Below are positions 36,467-45,864 of a DNA stretch of 64,000 bases, one piece after another. A program made the translations under genes and the position numbers. The first letter of the stretch is position 1; each line of letters opens with the position of its first letter. Origin of the DNA: a virus (Duplodnaviria > Caudoviricetes); the IMG/VR virus record IMGVR_UViG_2974690805_000001, positions 5,472 through 69,471 of that record; one strand, written 5' to 3'. The notes below the pieces were generated by a model. It saw nothing but the letters and a program-made list of their open reading frames with translations. It ran no database searches and was not told the DNA's origin.

Positions 36467-37810
36467 TTACAGCAGCCCCGCGACCGAGGTCGCGAAGTCG
36501 GTGAGGTCGTCATCCCAGACGTCCTGATATTCCTCGTAGACGGCCTGCCCGTCGGCGTCGCTGGTGATCGCCGACAGCGCCAGCCGGGCGGCGGCGTAGC
36601 GCAGCGCCGGGTCGGTGGGCGAGGGGATCGCGAACTTCGGAACCTCGACCTTCGCCTCGCGGCGGCGCTGCCGGGCCGCGATCGACTCGACCAGCACCTC
36701 GCCGCCCCACCACAGATTGATCGTGATCGCCTGCGCCCGCTCGGGCTGGTCGCTCGGGATGTGCATCAGGATCGCGAAGTCGCGCCTGATCTCGGGCATC
36801 GGTTCCCACGTCTTGCCGTCGAGGCCGAGCATCTTGGTCGCCCAACCGTAGACGCCGCCGACCTGCACGCCGAACGGCAGCCATGAGTAGTCGAGGCTGG
36901 TCGAGGTCTTCACGTCACCGAGCACCAGTTCGCCGGTCGCCACGACGCGGAAGATGCGGTCGATCTGACCGGCGACCGATTCCTCGCCCTGATCGTTGAG
37001 CACGACGCGCTCGACGTACTCGGGCACCGCGACCAGCCCGAAGCGGGCCAAGACGGCGCGGTAGGCGTCGATGTGGGGCCGCACGACCTCGGGCACGTCG
37101 CGCAGCAAGACGAGGCCGCAGTCGAGCGCCTCGGCCCACGCATGGACGCAGGTGCCAAGCTCGCGGGCGTCGGCCCCGCCCATCGAGTTGTCGATGTAGT
37201 CGAGCGCCTCGTCAATCGGCGTCACCTTCGTCGCGGTGCGATAGGTGTCGCGCAGGCCGTTGAGCAGCTTGCGAGCCTGCTCGTCGCCGTCCTCGGCGCG
37301 GTCGAACAGGTCGAGCACGCGGGCGACGATCATGCGCCTGCGCCACTTCTCAAGGCCGCTCTGATCATCGAGGGTCTTCGCGACCGTCGTCGCCCGCGAG
37401 AAGGCTGTCGGCCTGCCGGTCGTGGGCGAGGGCAGCCGGTACTGCTGGCGACCGTTGAACTCGACGCCGGGCCGGTGCGGGGCGGGCGGCAGCGGGTACC
37501 CGGCGAACTCGGTGCGGCGGGTCGTGTCGACGTCAGGCAGAGCGGTCATGTGTCCCTCGGTGTTCGTGTTTGGTGCGCTGGTGTTGGTGAGTGTCCCGAC
37601 TGCGTCGGTGTCTTCGACAGTACACGACTTCACCGACACCGCAACCGTTTCCAGCGGTTCGGGCGCGTCGGGCGCGAAGTAGTCGGGATGAGCGTGCTCG
37701 GTGCTGTCGGTCCAGCCGTCGCCGAGCTTGCCGTCGTGGTCGACCGGGCGGCGGTAGACCCGCCCGTCGGGCTGACGGCGGGCCGGAAACAGGTGCGCGA
37801 CGCTGGTCAT
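36467..37810 (-). CDS. PD-(D/E)XK (Cas4/RecB-like) exonuclease
   Basis: AGQIDRIF...LVLGDVKTS motif; start ATG 37810 (ATGA overlap) or ATG 37549 (GAGGGA RBS). Confidence 0.75.
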   Translation of the reverse strand: MTSVAHLFPARRQPDGRVYRRPVDHDGKLGDGWTDSTEHAHPDYFAPDAPEPLETVAVSVKSCTVEDTDAVGTLTNTSAPNTNTEGHMTALPDVDTTRRTEFAGYPLPPAPHRPGVEFNGRQQYRLPSPTTGRPTAFSRATTVAKTLDDQSGLEKWRRRMIVARVLDLFDRAEDGDEQARKLLNGLRDTYRTATKVTPIDEALDYIDNSMGGADARELGTCVHAWAEALDCGLVLLRDVPEVVRPHIDAYRAVLARFGLVAVPEYVERVVLNDQGEESVAGQIDRIFRVVATGELVLGDVKTSTSLDYSWLPFGVQVGGVYGWATKMLGLDGKTWEPMPEIRRDFAILMHIPSDQPERAQAITINLWWGGEVLVESIAARQRRREAKVEVPKFAIPSPTDPALRYAAARLALSAITSDADGQAVYEEYQDVWDDDLTDFATSVAGLL

Positions 37811-38379
37811 GGCAGCCTGCCCTGCTTCATGTCGAGGAAGGCCGCGACCCCGGCGTCGGTGATGCGGTAGACCCCGCGGTAGCGGTTCGGATACTGGCCG
37901 GGCCGGGTCACCGGCAGGCCGTCGCGCAGCAGCGGCTCGATGAGCGGCGGGTCGTAGTCGGTGCGCAACTCGCTGATGCGCTTCCAGTTCGCGTCGCGGC
38001 GCAGCCCGCCGTCGAGCAGGCGCTCGGCGATCTGGCTGACCTCCCAATCGTTGAGGCCGAGCAGCCGCCCGAACTCGTCGCGGGCGTCGCGGTGCTCGTA
38101 GTGGATACGCAGCGCGACGCCGCGCAGCGAGTCCCAGCCGATCCCGCGCCTGACGGCATCGTGCGAGGGCTGTGGGTCACGCTGACGGGCTGCGGCGTGC
38201 TGGCCGGTGTGACGCCCGCCGAACGGCTGAGCGGGCGGTGTGAGGCCGGTGTAGGCCGCATCGAGCACGCGCCAGAGTTCGGCGGTGACGGTGCCCTCGG
38301 GCATCGCGTCGAGGGCGTCGGCGATCGCGTGGCCGAGCGCATCGCGCCCGGCTTCCCAACCGCGGCGGTAGGTGGTCAT
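37807..38379 (-). CDS. hypothetical protein
   Basis: ATG 38379 overlapping upstream stop. Confidence 0.65.
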   Translation of the reverse strand: MTTYRRGWEAGRDALGHAIADALDAMPEGTVTAELWRVLDAAYTGLTPPAQPFGGRHTGQHAAARQRDPQPSHDAVRRGIGWDSLRGVALRIHYEHRDARDEFGRLLGLNDWEVSQIAERLLDGGLRRDANWKRISELRTDYDPPLIEPLLRDGLPVTRPGQYPNRYRGVYRITDAGVAAFLDMKQGRLP

Positions 38380-38663
38380 CGCGACACCGCCTGCGTCTGG
38401 CAGCGGTCGTGAGCGTAGATGACCCACTCGCGGCGCACGCTGTCGAACCATGCCGGGCGGCGGGTGCCGCACTGGCCGCAGTCGGCGAAGCCCTGCCGGG
38501 CGCTGCTCAGGTGCCAGTGCGGGCCGCTCGGGCAGCGGTACGGGTAGAGCGTGTTGAACACCTCGCCTCGGGCTTCGACCACGGCGCGGATGTTGGCCGC
38601 GCCCTCGCGGGCCAGCGCCCGCGTGTCGAAGCGGCGTTTGGTCGGGTAGCGGCACTCGGTCAT
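38376..38663 (-). CDS. hypothetical Cys/His protein
   Basis: C..TKRRF..YRC...HWHL and CGQC motifs. Confidence 0.7.
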   Translation of the reverse strand: MTECRYPTKRRFDTRALAREGAANIRAVVEARGEVFNTLYPYRCPSGPHWHLSSARQGFADCGQCGTRRPAWFDSVRREWVIYAHDRCQTQAVSR

Positions 38664-38899
38664 GACGCGGTCACTTCCTCGGGGTCATCGGTCGGGGGAT
38701 TGAGTTCGACGCCGTTCCAGACGAACGAACGGCAGGTGCAGCGCAGCGGTGTGCCGTGGCTGTTGCGGCACGCGCCCTTGCGCGGGTGATCCCCGCGGAA
38801 GTGCTTGCACCGCTCGCAGACGCTGTTCGACGTCGGCGCGGTCACCTTCTGCTTGCGGGCGGGGCCGGTGAACGCTCGCGCCCGGCTCGGGCCGCGCAT
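38660..38899 (-). CDS. hypothetical Cys/His protein
   Basis: CERCKH..DH..C..CTC motif. Confidence 0.6.
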   Translation of the reverse strand: MRGPSRARAFTGPARKQKVTAPTSNSVCERCKHFRGDHPRKGACRNSHGTPLRCTCRSFVWNGVELNPPTDDPEEVTAS

Positions 38900-39261
38900 C
38901 ACTGGTCGCCCGCGTACACGACGCCGCTGTCTTCGTAGCTGCACTCGGGCCACAACTCGCGCAGGTTGCACCGCTCGTAGACGTCCTCGTCAACCTCGAC
39001 GGTGCCGACCCACTCGGGATTGCTCAGGTCGGTGACTTCCAGCCGCCATTCCTCGGGCCAGAAGATCGGGTAGCCGGGCGTGCTGATGCACGACGGCGGG
39101 TTACCCGAGCACGACGTCGTGCCGGGCATCCACTGCATCCACGCGGGCGTGTAGCGGGCGTCGGTGACGGTGCCGCGCTCGGGCACCGGCTGGTCGCCGC
39201 CGCACGCCGCGAGCAGGCTCACGGCGGCGGCAGCGGCGGCGAGGACGGGTGCGCGGCGCAT
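38899..39261 (-). CDS. lipoprotein
   Basis: MRRAPVLAAAAAAVSLLAAC lipobox. Confidence 0.7.
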   Translation of the reverse strand: MRRAPVLAAAAAAVSLLAACGGDQPVPERGTVTDARYTPAWMQWMPGTTSCSGNPPSCISTPGYPIFWPEEWRLEVTDLSNPEWVGTVEVDEDVYERCNLRELWPECSYEDSGVVYAGDQ

Positions 39262-40949
39262 CAGTTCTCGATCCCGCGGTCGAGCACCTTGCTCGCGAAC
39301 TTGATGCTGATCTCGTCGCTCAGCCGAGCCTTCGTCATATCGGCGTAGCCGACGATGCGCATCGAGCGGGCGAGGTTCAACTGCGCCTGCGACGGCGGCT
39401 GATTGCGACGCCACGACGAGCCGCGGTCAGGCAACTGCTGGCCCGATTCCACGATCCACACCTCGGCGGCTTCCAGCGCCTCGGGCAGGTCGACGTACTC
39501 GGGCGAGTCGACTTTGTAGCGGCCCGAGCCGGTGACCCAACCGCCGCGCCCGGTGCGCGTGTTGATCTGGCCGACCGCCCATGTGGTGCGCTCGTCGCCG
39601 CGGGGCCGAACGCCGTCCTTCGGCCAGACGAAGACGATCTCGCCGGGGTTGGCCTTGTCGATCAGATTGATGAACGGCACGCCCTTCGGCGTTTCCAGCC
39701 ACAACGTCGTGTCATTGGCGAGCAGGTCGATCGTCACCATATCGACCGGCCCCTGACGCACGACCTTCGGCTCAGGCTCAACGATCGGCTCGACGTCCTG
39801 CGGCTCGATCTCGTTGCCCTGCTCATCGACCTCGGTGACCTCGGCCCCGGTGTCGAGTTGGGTCAGGTTGACGAGCTTCATGTGCCGCGCCGACCCGGCC
39901 AGATCGAGCACCAGCGCGTCGGTCTTGCCGGGATGCAGGCGCAGCGCCCGCCCGATCATCTGCGAGTAGAGGTTCTTCGACCGCGTGGGGCGGGCGAGCA
40001 CCACGGCGTCGCACATCGGGAAGTCAGCGCCCTCGGTGAGCACCTGCACCGTGACGAGCGCCTTCGCCTCGCCGTCGCGGAAGGCGGCATAGATCGGCTT
40101 GCGCGACTCGTAGCTCATCGCGCCGGTCACCGCGATCGCCGGGAAGTCGGCCTCGGTCAGCGCCTCGGCGATGTGGTGCGCGGCGTCGACCGAGGCGGCG
40201 AAGATGATCGGCGTGCGGTCGGTCGCGTGCAGCTTGATCGCGTCGACAACGTAGTCGGTCGCGGCTTCCATGACCTCGGCGAGTTCCTTCTGATGGAAGT
40301 CACCGGCGACGTTGCGCACATCGTTGAGGGCGTTGAGTCCCTTGATGCGCACGGTCAGGCCGCGGGGCTGCACCAGGAAGCCTTTGCGGATCGCCCACTT
40401 GATGTCCTTCTCGTAGGCGATCGACTCGATGACGTCGCCGAGGCCGATGACGCCGCGCTCGTTGCGGTACATCGTGGCGGTGAAGCCAGCCATGAGCGCG
40501 TCGTCGTAGCCGCCCAACTCGCGAAACGTCGTGTGGAAGCCCTCGGCCCCGGCGTGATGCACCTCATCCCAATAGATGCGGGTGCGCTGGCCGAGCGCCC
40601 GACGGCGGTGCGCGGTGGCGAGGGTCTGCAACGTCGCGAAGACGATCGGCGCGTCGTGGTCGTCTTCCTCGGCCCGCACGATGCCGGTCTTGTCGGCGAG
40701 TTCGGGTGCGACGGCGATGAAGTCGCGGCGCATCTGGTCGCAGAGTTCGCCGCGGTGCGCCATAGCGAGCACCGGCTCGCCTGCGTAGAAGTCGCGTCGG
40801 ATGCGCTCGCCGATGACGGTCGACTTACCCGAGCCGGTCGGAAGGACGACGCCGGTACGGCGCTTGCCCTTCGCCCACTCGCGTTCGACGGCGTCAGCGG
40901 CCTCGATCTGGTAGTCGCGTAGCTGTCGCGGCTCAACGGTCAAGGTCAT
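39261..40949 (-). CDS. SF2 DNA helicase
   Basis: LPTGSGKS, DEVHH, GFTAT, QMIGRALR motifs. Confidence 0.92.
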   Translation of the reverse strand: MTLTVEPRQLRDYQIEAADAVEREWAKGKRRTGVVLPTGSGKSTVIGERIRRDFYAGEPVLAMAHRGELCDQMRRDFIAVAPELADKTGIVRAEEDDHDAPIVFATLQTLATAHRRRALGQRTRIYWDEVHHAGAEGFHTTFRELGGYDDALMAGFTATMYRNERGVIGLGDVIESIAYEKDIKWAIRKGFLVQPRGLTVRIKGLNALNDVRNVAGDFHQKELAEVMEAATDYVVDAIKLHATDRTPIIFAASVDAAHHIAEALTEADFPAIAVTGAMSYESRKPIYAAFRDGEAKALVTVQVLTEGADFPMCDAVVLARPTRSKNLYSQMIGRALRLHPGKTDALVLDLAGSARHMKLVNLTQLDTGAEVTEVDEQGNEIEPQDVEPIVEPEPKVVRQGPVDMVTIDLLANDTTLWLETPKGVPFINLIDKANPGEIVFVWPKDGVRPRGDERTTWAVGQINTRTGRGGWVTGSGRYKVDSPEYVDLPEALEAAEVWIVESGQQLPDRGSSWRRNQPPSQAQLNLARSMRIVGYADMTKARLSDEISIKFASKVLDRGIEN

Positions 40950-41062
40950 GGCCCTGTCTCTCGGTGGTCGTGGTGCGTGTGAGTGTGAGTGTTGGTGTGC
41001 CAGTCGCTCGGGGTCGCCGAGCGACCGGCAGCACCTACGTTAGCCGACGGTGTCGGACTTGT

Positions 41063-41518
41063 CTACTGCGACTTCTGCGGTGCCTTCGACTGGTCGAGCT
41101 TGACGACGCCGAGCATGTCGCGGTGGCCCTCGATGAAGCCCGTCTCGGCCAGCACGCGCCGGATGTCGGGCGGCTTCCAGCCCTCGGGCTTGAGAATCTT
41201 GCCGTCGTCGCGGCGGGCCACGGTGCCGTCCTCGCCGATCTTGGCGAGGTTCGACCGGAACACCTCGCGGCACACCTCGCGGGCGGCGTCCTCGCCGAAG
41301 TAGGCGAGCAGCGTGCCGTAGGCGATCACGATCATGTCGGCCAGCCCGTCGGCGATCTCGACCGGGTCGTCGCGATCTTCGCCGTCGAAGTATTCCTCGA
41401 CTTCCTCGGCGAGCAGGTTGCGACGCAGCTTGCGCAGGTCGAGATCGCTCAGCCCGTTCGCGAACGTCTGCCCGCTGGCGGTCATGAAGTCGGCGGTTGC
41501 GTCGAGGATGTTGGTCAT
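41063..41518 (-). CDS. MazG-like nucleotide pyrophosphohydrolase
   Basis: EEVEE..EIADGLAD..SNLAK..GKILKP. Confidence 0.8.
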   Translation of the reverse strand: MTNILDATADFMTASGQTFANGLSDLDLRKLRRNLLAEEVEEYFDGEDRDDPVEIADGLADMIVIAYGTLLAYFGEDAAREVCREVFRSNLAKIGEDGTVARRDDGKILKPEGWKPPDIRRVLAETGFIEGHRDMLGVVKLDQSKAPQKSQ

Positions 41519-41994
41519 TTTGCGCCCTTCCCGCTCGCCGCCTGCGCCGCCGCGGTGAACACCGGGGCGAGATTCTTGAGGCCAAGCAGCTTCAACTCGT
41601 TGGCCGACACGGTGTCGCCGGTCGCCGACTTGAGCACCTGCAACAGCGCCCTCGTCTCGGTGACCTCGGCGGGCGACAGCAGCTTCGGCGGTGCCTCGAC
41701 GTTGCGCTTGACGACGTAGTCATCGACCGGCTGGTAGAAGATGTTCTCGACGTCGGACACGCCGAGCGCCGATCGCACCTCGGCCCGCGAGACGGGCGCG
41801 GCCCCGGCCTTGCGCAGCCGCTTCGACAGATAGTCGCGCAGCTTGGCGACCTCGCTGTGATTGAAGTGCTCGACGGCGTGATCGGCCCGGTAAGCCTCGC
41901 ACGCCTCGGCGTACTTGGCCTGCGCGGTGTCGTGCGCCGACAGCGCCGCCTCGGCGACCTTGATCAACTGAGCACGGTTGAACGTGACAGACAT
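41515..41994 (-). CDS. hypothetical protein
   Basis: ATG 41994 after CACAACCACGAAGG motif. Confidence 0.7.
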   Translation of the reverse strand: MSVTFNRAQLIKVAEAALSAHDTAQAKYAEACEAYRADHAVEHFNHSEVAKLRDYLSKRLRKAGAAPVSRAEVRSALGVSDVENIFYQPVDDYVVKRNVEAPPKLLSPAEVTETRALLQVLKSATGDTVSANELKLLGLKNLAPVFTAAAQAASGKGAK

Positions 41995-42031
41995 AGCGGT
42001 GTGATTCCCTTCGTGGTTGTGATCGCCGAGA

Positions 42032-44722
42032 TCAGTCGACGTCGCTGTCGTCCATGATCTCGGCAGCGTGTGCCTGACGCGCTTGCTCAGGCGTGCCGGT
42101 GCTCGGGATGTACCGAGCACCAGAGTCGGTCCCGCTCAGCGTCGCGAGCAGGTTGTATCGCAGCGCCCGGTCGATGCCCTCGGCGACCTTGAGCTTCCAC
42201 GCCCGGTCGGCGTCGGCACGCTGCGCGGTGTAGGCGTCGGGCTTGACGCCGTGGAAGGCGTCGGTGCGGGTGATGCCCTGCTGCGTGAAGTTGTCGGCGA
42301 AGGCGCGGATGCGGATCGCCGTCTCAACGATCGGCTCGGGAACCGGGCGAGCGAACACGATGTCGCCTTCCATCGGGTCGATCGTCCCGCTCGGGCCGGT
42401 GATCACCGGGGCGTTGATGTCGGTCACGTCCTCGATGACCGAGGCGCTGTTCATCATCAGCAGCGGCAGCGGAGTGTCGAGTTGCTCGATGTTCTTCTGC
42501 TTGGTCACCTTCAACTCGATCGGCTTGCCGGGCAGCCGACCCTCGGCGTTGAGCAGCGCCTCGTAGTCCCACGTCGCATGACCGATCAGCAGTTCGCTGT
42601 CGAGCGCACCGTTGAGCGCCGAGCTACCGCGCCCGCTGTCGCCGACCTTGCCGGTGTGATGCACCACGGCCACGCCCGCGCCGGTCAGTTCCTTGAGCCG
42701 GTCGAAGCGGCGCACGGCCTTGCCGACGTCGGTCGCGCTGTTTTCCTCAAGCCCGGTCGACATACGGGCGAAGGTGTCGAACACGACCAGCCCGATGCCC
42801 TGACGGGCGATGTAGGCGGCGATGTCGGCCCACGCATCGTTGTCGGCCTTCGCGAGGATGATCGAGTCGCCGAGCAGCATGTCGGCACCGAGGTCGATCT
42901 TGTGCGCGGCTTCCCACGCCCGCAGGCGTTGCACGGCCCCGGCCAGCCCCTCGCCGGGCAGGTAGAGCACCTTCGTCTTGAGCACCCGGCGACCCTGCCA
43001 CGACTTGCCGGTCGCGATGTGGCAGAGCATGTCGAGCACGACGCTGGACTTGCCGACGCCGGGCGGGCCGATGATGCTCGACAGCCCGCGGTGCTCGATC
43101 AGCCCCTCGATGATGTACTCGGGCGGCGGCAGGTCGCGCCAGTGCGAGAAGGGCGCGATGCGCGGCACGCCGTTGTGCGGCGAGTCGAAGACGTCGGGGT
43201 CGTGCTCGGTCACCTCGTCGGCGTAGGGCGAGTCGGCGGCGACCGCGGTCTTGCCGGTGCCCGGCTTGCCGAAGTCGGCGGGCAGGTCGCTCAGATCGTC
43301 GGCGTCGTAGACCGGCTCGGCCTTCGGCTGCGCGATCGTCACCTCGCCCTCGTCGGCGCGGTGCCCGCCCGTCTCGGCGGCGTCATCCTCGTCGGCGGCG
43401 TGCCAGAGATTGCCGTCGTCGTCGGTGACGAACAGCCCGGCCTCGGTCTGGCAGGCGAGACAGAACTGCGTCGGCCCGTCGGTGACGGTCACCTCGACCT
43501 CGGTCGGCAGGTTGAAGTCGCCGTCGCCCATATCGCCGACGCCCTCGGCGGCGAGCGGGTCGCCGTGCAGCCCGTCCTCGACCGCGGTGTCGGGCATCAG
43601 GTCGAGCGCGTCGAGCGCCTTGCCGACGTTGCCGTCGAAGCTCGCCGCGGCGACGGCCTGCAACTTGCTCAGCGTCCGAACGCCGTGGTCGAAGTCGAGC
43701 ACCTTGTCGAACGGCTCGACGTCGTGGTCGGTCCAGACGTGAAGCGGCGCGTTGACCTCGGTGTAGCGGCCCGCGGTGCAGCCGGTGTCGTGCGCGGTGG
43801 CCGACTTCGGCGAGGCGTGCTCGCCGGGCGCGGTCCAGACCGGGCAGCCGCAACTGTCGGCACGCGGCGCAGGCGACCAGCCGAGCGGCGCGAGGATGTC
43901 GGCCCACGACACCGCCTCGGCCCACTTGTCGATCTCACCGGCCAGCCCCTCGTTGCGCTCGCCGTCCTCGGGGCGACGCGCTCGCTCGGCCCGCAGGTGA
44001 CCGGCCTTGTTGAGTTCCTCGGCCAGCCACGCGGGCAGCGGGTAGACGTGACCGACGAGTTCGTATGCGCCCTCGGGCCGGGTCGACGGCGGGATGAGCA
44101 CATAGCGGTTGCGCCAGAGCACCGCGAAGCCGTCCTCGCCGCCCCACGTCATCGCGCCGAGGTTCTCGGGAAGCTCGACGCCCTCGGGCACCGTGAAGTA
44201 GTAATGACCGCCGTCGCTGTGGATCATCGTGCCTTCGGCGTCGCGCTGGCCGGGCGTGATGACCGTCGGCGGGATGTCCTCGATCTCGGCGACTTCCTGC
44301 CAGCGCCGCATCTGGCCCGCGGTGTCGCAGTCGACCACGACGAGGCGGCTGCGACCGACCTCGACGGCGAGGTTGATCGGCACGCCGTCGGGGTAGCGGC
44401 GGCTCAGTTGGTCGACGTAGCGGTCGATGTAGCGGCAGATCGTGGTCTTGTCGGCGGTCGCCAGCGCCAGCCCGGCGGGTGCCTTGACCATCTGCCAGTC
44501 GCGCCGACCGGCCTCGCGGGCGGCTTCCTGCGCGGCCTTGTTGTGCCGCGACTTCATCTGCGGCGTGCGCATGTCGGCGGGCACCTTCGACTCGGGCCAG
44601 ATGAGCAGCAGGTGCAGACCGGCGTCGCACGCCTGCCGGGCGAACGCCTTGACGGCCTCGGGATCGCGGTTGTTCACGCCCGAGCCGAGGATCGCCTCGA
44701 TCGGGTTATCAGAGCCGAGCAT
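42032..44722 (-). CDS. primase-polymerase / AAA (RepA-like) helicase
   Basis: VVVDCD..H..Y primpol motifs; GPPGVGKS, VFDT, VHHTGK..RGSSAL. Confidence 0.9.
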   Translation of the reverse strand: MLGSDNPIEAILGSGVNNRDPEAVKAFARQACDAGLHLLLIWPESKVPADMRTPQMKSRHNKAAQEAAREAGRRDWQMVKAPAGLALATADKTTICRYIDRYVDQLSRRYPDGVPINLAVEVGRSRLVVVDCDTAGQMRRWQEVAEIEDIPPTVITPGQRDAEGTMIHSDGGHYYFTVPEGVELPENLGAMTWGGEDGFAVLWRNRYVLIPPSTRPEGAYELVGHVYPLPAWLAEELNKAGHLRAERARRPEDGERNEGLAGEIDKWAEAVSWADILAPLGWSPAPRADSCGCPVWTAPGEHASPKSATAHDTGCTAGRYTEVNAPLHVWTDHDVEPFDKVLDFDHGVRTLSKLQAVAAASFDGNVGKALDALDLMPDTAVEDGLHGDPLAAEGVGDMGDGDFNLPTEVEVTVTDGPTQFCLACQTEAGLFVTDDDGNLWHAADEDDAAETGGHRADEGEVTIAQPKAEPVYDADDLSDLPADFGKPGTGKTAVAADSPYADEVTEHDPDVFDSPHNGVPRIAPFSHWRDLPPPEYIIEGLIEHRGLSSIIGPPGVGKSSVVLDMLCHIATGKSWQGRRVLKTKVLYLPGEGLAGAVQRLRAWEAAHKIDLGADMLLGDSIILAKADNDAWADIAAYIARQGIGLVVFDTFARMSTGLEENSATDVGKAVRRFDRLKELTGAGVAVVHHTGKVGDSGRGSSALNGALDSELLIGHATWDYEALLNAEGRLPGKPIELKVTKQKNIEQLDTPLPLLMMNSASVIEDVTDINAPVITGPSGTIDPMEGDIVFARPVPEPIVETAIRIRAFADNFTQQGITRTDAFHGVKPDAYTAQRADADRAWKLKVAEGIDRALRYNLLATLSGTDSGARYIPSTGTPEQARQAHAAEIMDDSDVD

Positions 44723-44771
44723 GATCAGTCAGTGCCTTCCGTTGTGGTTGTGTTAGCGCAGGTCATCGACA

Positions 44772-44972
44772 CTATGCCGACTGCCGGTCGTCGTGCAACT
44801 GGCCCCTAGATGTTGTGGTGTGCAGCGCGTCGAGACACTGCATCTGGGACTTGCGCCGGTTGGCGAGCCGCACGCCGCGACCGATCAGCATCTTGTGCAT
44901 CGGGTCGAGCGTGCGCTCGCGGTGCAGCCCGCAGGTGCAGCCGGGCGGGCAGCGGTGGCCCTTGGCAGGCAT
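44772..44972 (-). CDS. hypothetical protein
   Basis: TGATG overlap; HRCPPGCTCGLH. Confidence 0.6.
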   Translation of the reverse strand: MPAKGHRCPPGCTCGLHRERTLDPMHKMLIGRGVRLANRRKSQMQCLDALHTTTSRGQLHDDRQSA

Positions 44973-45835
44973 CAGCGATCACCTCGCTGCGCGATCTCGC
45001 CACCGAGGGCGGCGTAGCCGCAGATGTCGACCCATGAGTCAGCGTGATCGGGCGAGGCGACGAGGCGGCTGACCTTGAGCAGCGTCAGGCACAGCGCGAC
45101 CTGCTCGGGCATGATGTCGACGCCGATCACCTCGGACCAGAGCCGGGCCAGCCGCGAGAAGGACTCGGTCGCGTCGCCGTAGCTCGCCTGCCGGTCGCCG
45201 CAGATCAGCGACTTTGCGGTGTCGAGCACGACCTCGCGGGGCTGCGGGACGGCGGCACCGAGGCCGCAGTCGACCGCCTCGGCCCACTTCATGTCCGAGG
45301 CGAAGGTGCCGTCGTCGGGCACCTCGATCCCGATGTTGCCGGTGCCCTCGCCCGAGTAGGTGGTCGACCACTCGGCGGTCATCGGGTTAGTGCGCGGGTC
45401 GCAGGGCTTGTCGTCGCACTCGGGGCTGCCGTGGTGCTCATGCGGCTCGCGGATGTCACAGAAGGCGACGTGACAGACCGGGCCGGGCAGCGTGCCGGTG
45501 AACTTCTCACCCGGCGCAGGCCGCGGCATCGAGGTCGTCGGCCCGCCCGGCTGCTCGGCCTGCGACAGCGGGTCGCGATGCGCCCTCGACTCGGCGGTGA
45601 ACGGGTGCGTGTCGGCCTTGCAGCCCGGCCTGATCAGCGGCGAGTGCGGCAGACAGATGCACGGCTCGGACTCGTTGCCGGTGCGCACCTTCTCGGTCTT
45701 GCGGGCGGCGACGTCGCGGTAGTGCGGGTGCCGGTTGGCATCGCTGCCGTGCAGGCGGCACTCGCTGTTCGGCTTGCCGACGTCGAGCAGTTCGGGGTCG
45801 CAGGTGCAGCGCGGCGGCTGATTGTGATCGGTCAT
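44972..45835 (-). CDS. DUF6378-like domain protein with Cys/His-rich N-terminus
   Basis: DRQASYGD..F..A.LW..LKVSRL..DSWVDICGYAA. Confidence 0.7.
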   Translation of the reverse strand: MTDHNQPPRCTCDPELLDVGKPNSECRLHGSDANRHPHYRDVAARKTEKVRTGNESEPCICLPHSPLIRPGCKADTHPFTAESRAHRDPLSQAEQPGGPTTSMPRPAPGEKFTGTLPGPVCHVAFCDIREPHEHHGSPECDDKPCDPRTNPMTAEWSTTYSGEGTGNIGIEVPDDGTFASDMKWAEAVDCGLGAAVPQPREVVLDTAKSLICGDRQASYGDATESFSRLARLWSEVIGVDIMPEQVALCLTLLKVSRLVASPDHADSWVDICGYAALGGEIAQRGDR

Positions 45836-45864
45836 TGTGGTTGTGTCCCTTCGCATTTCGGTCG

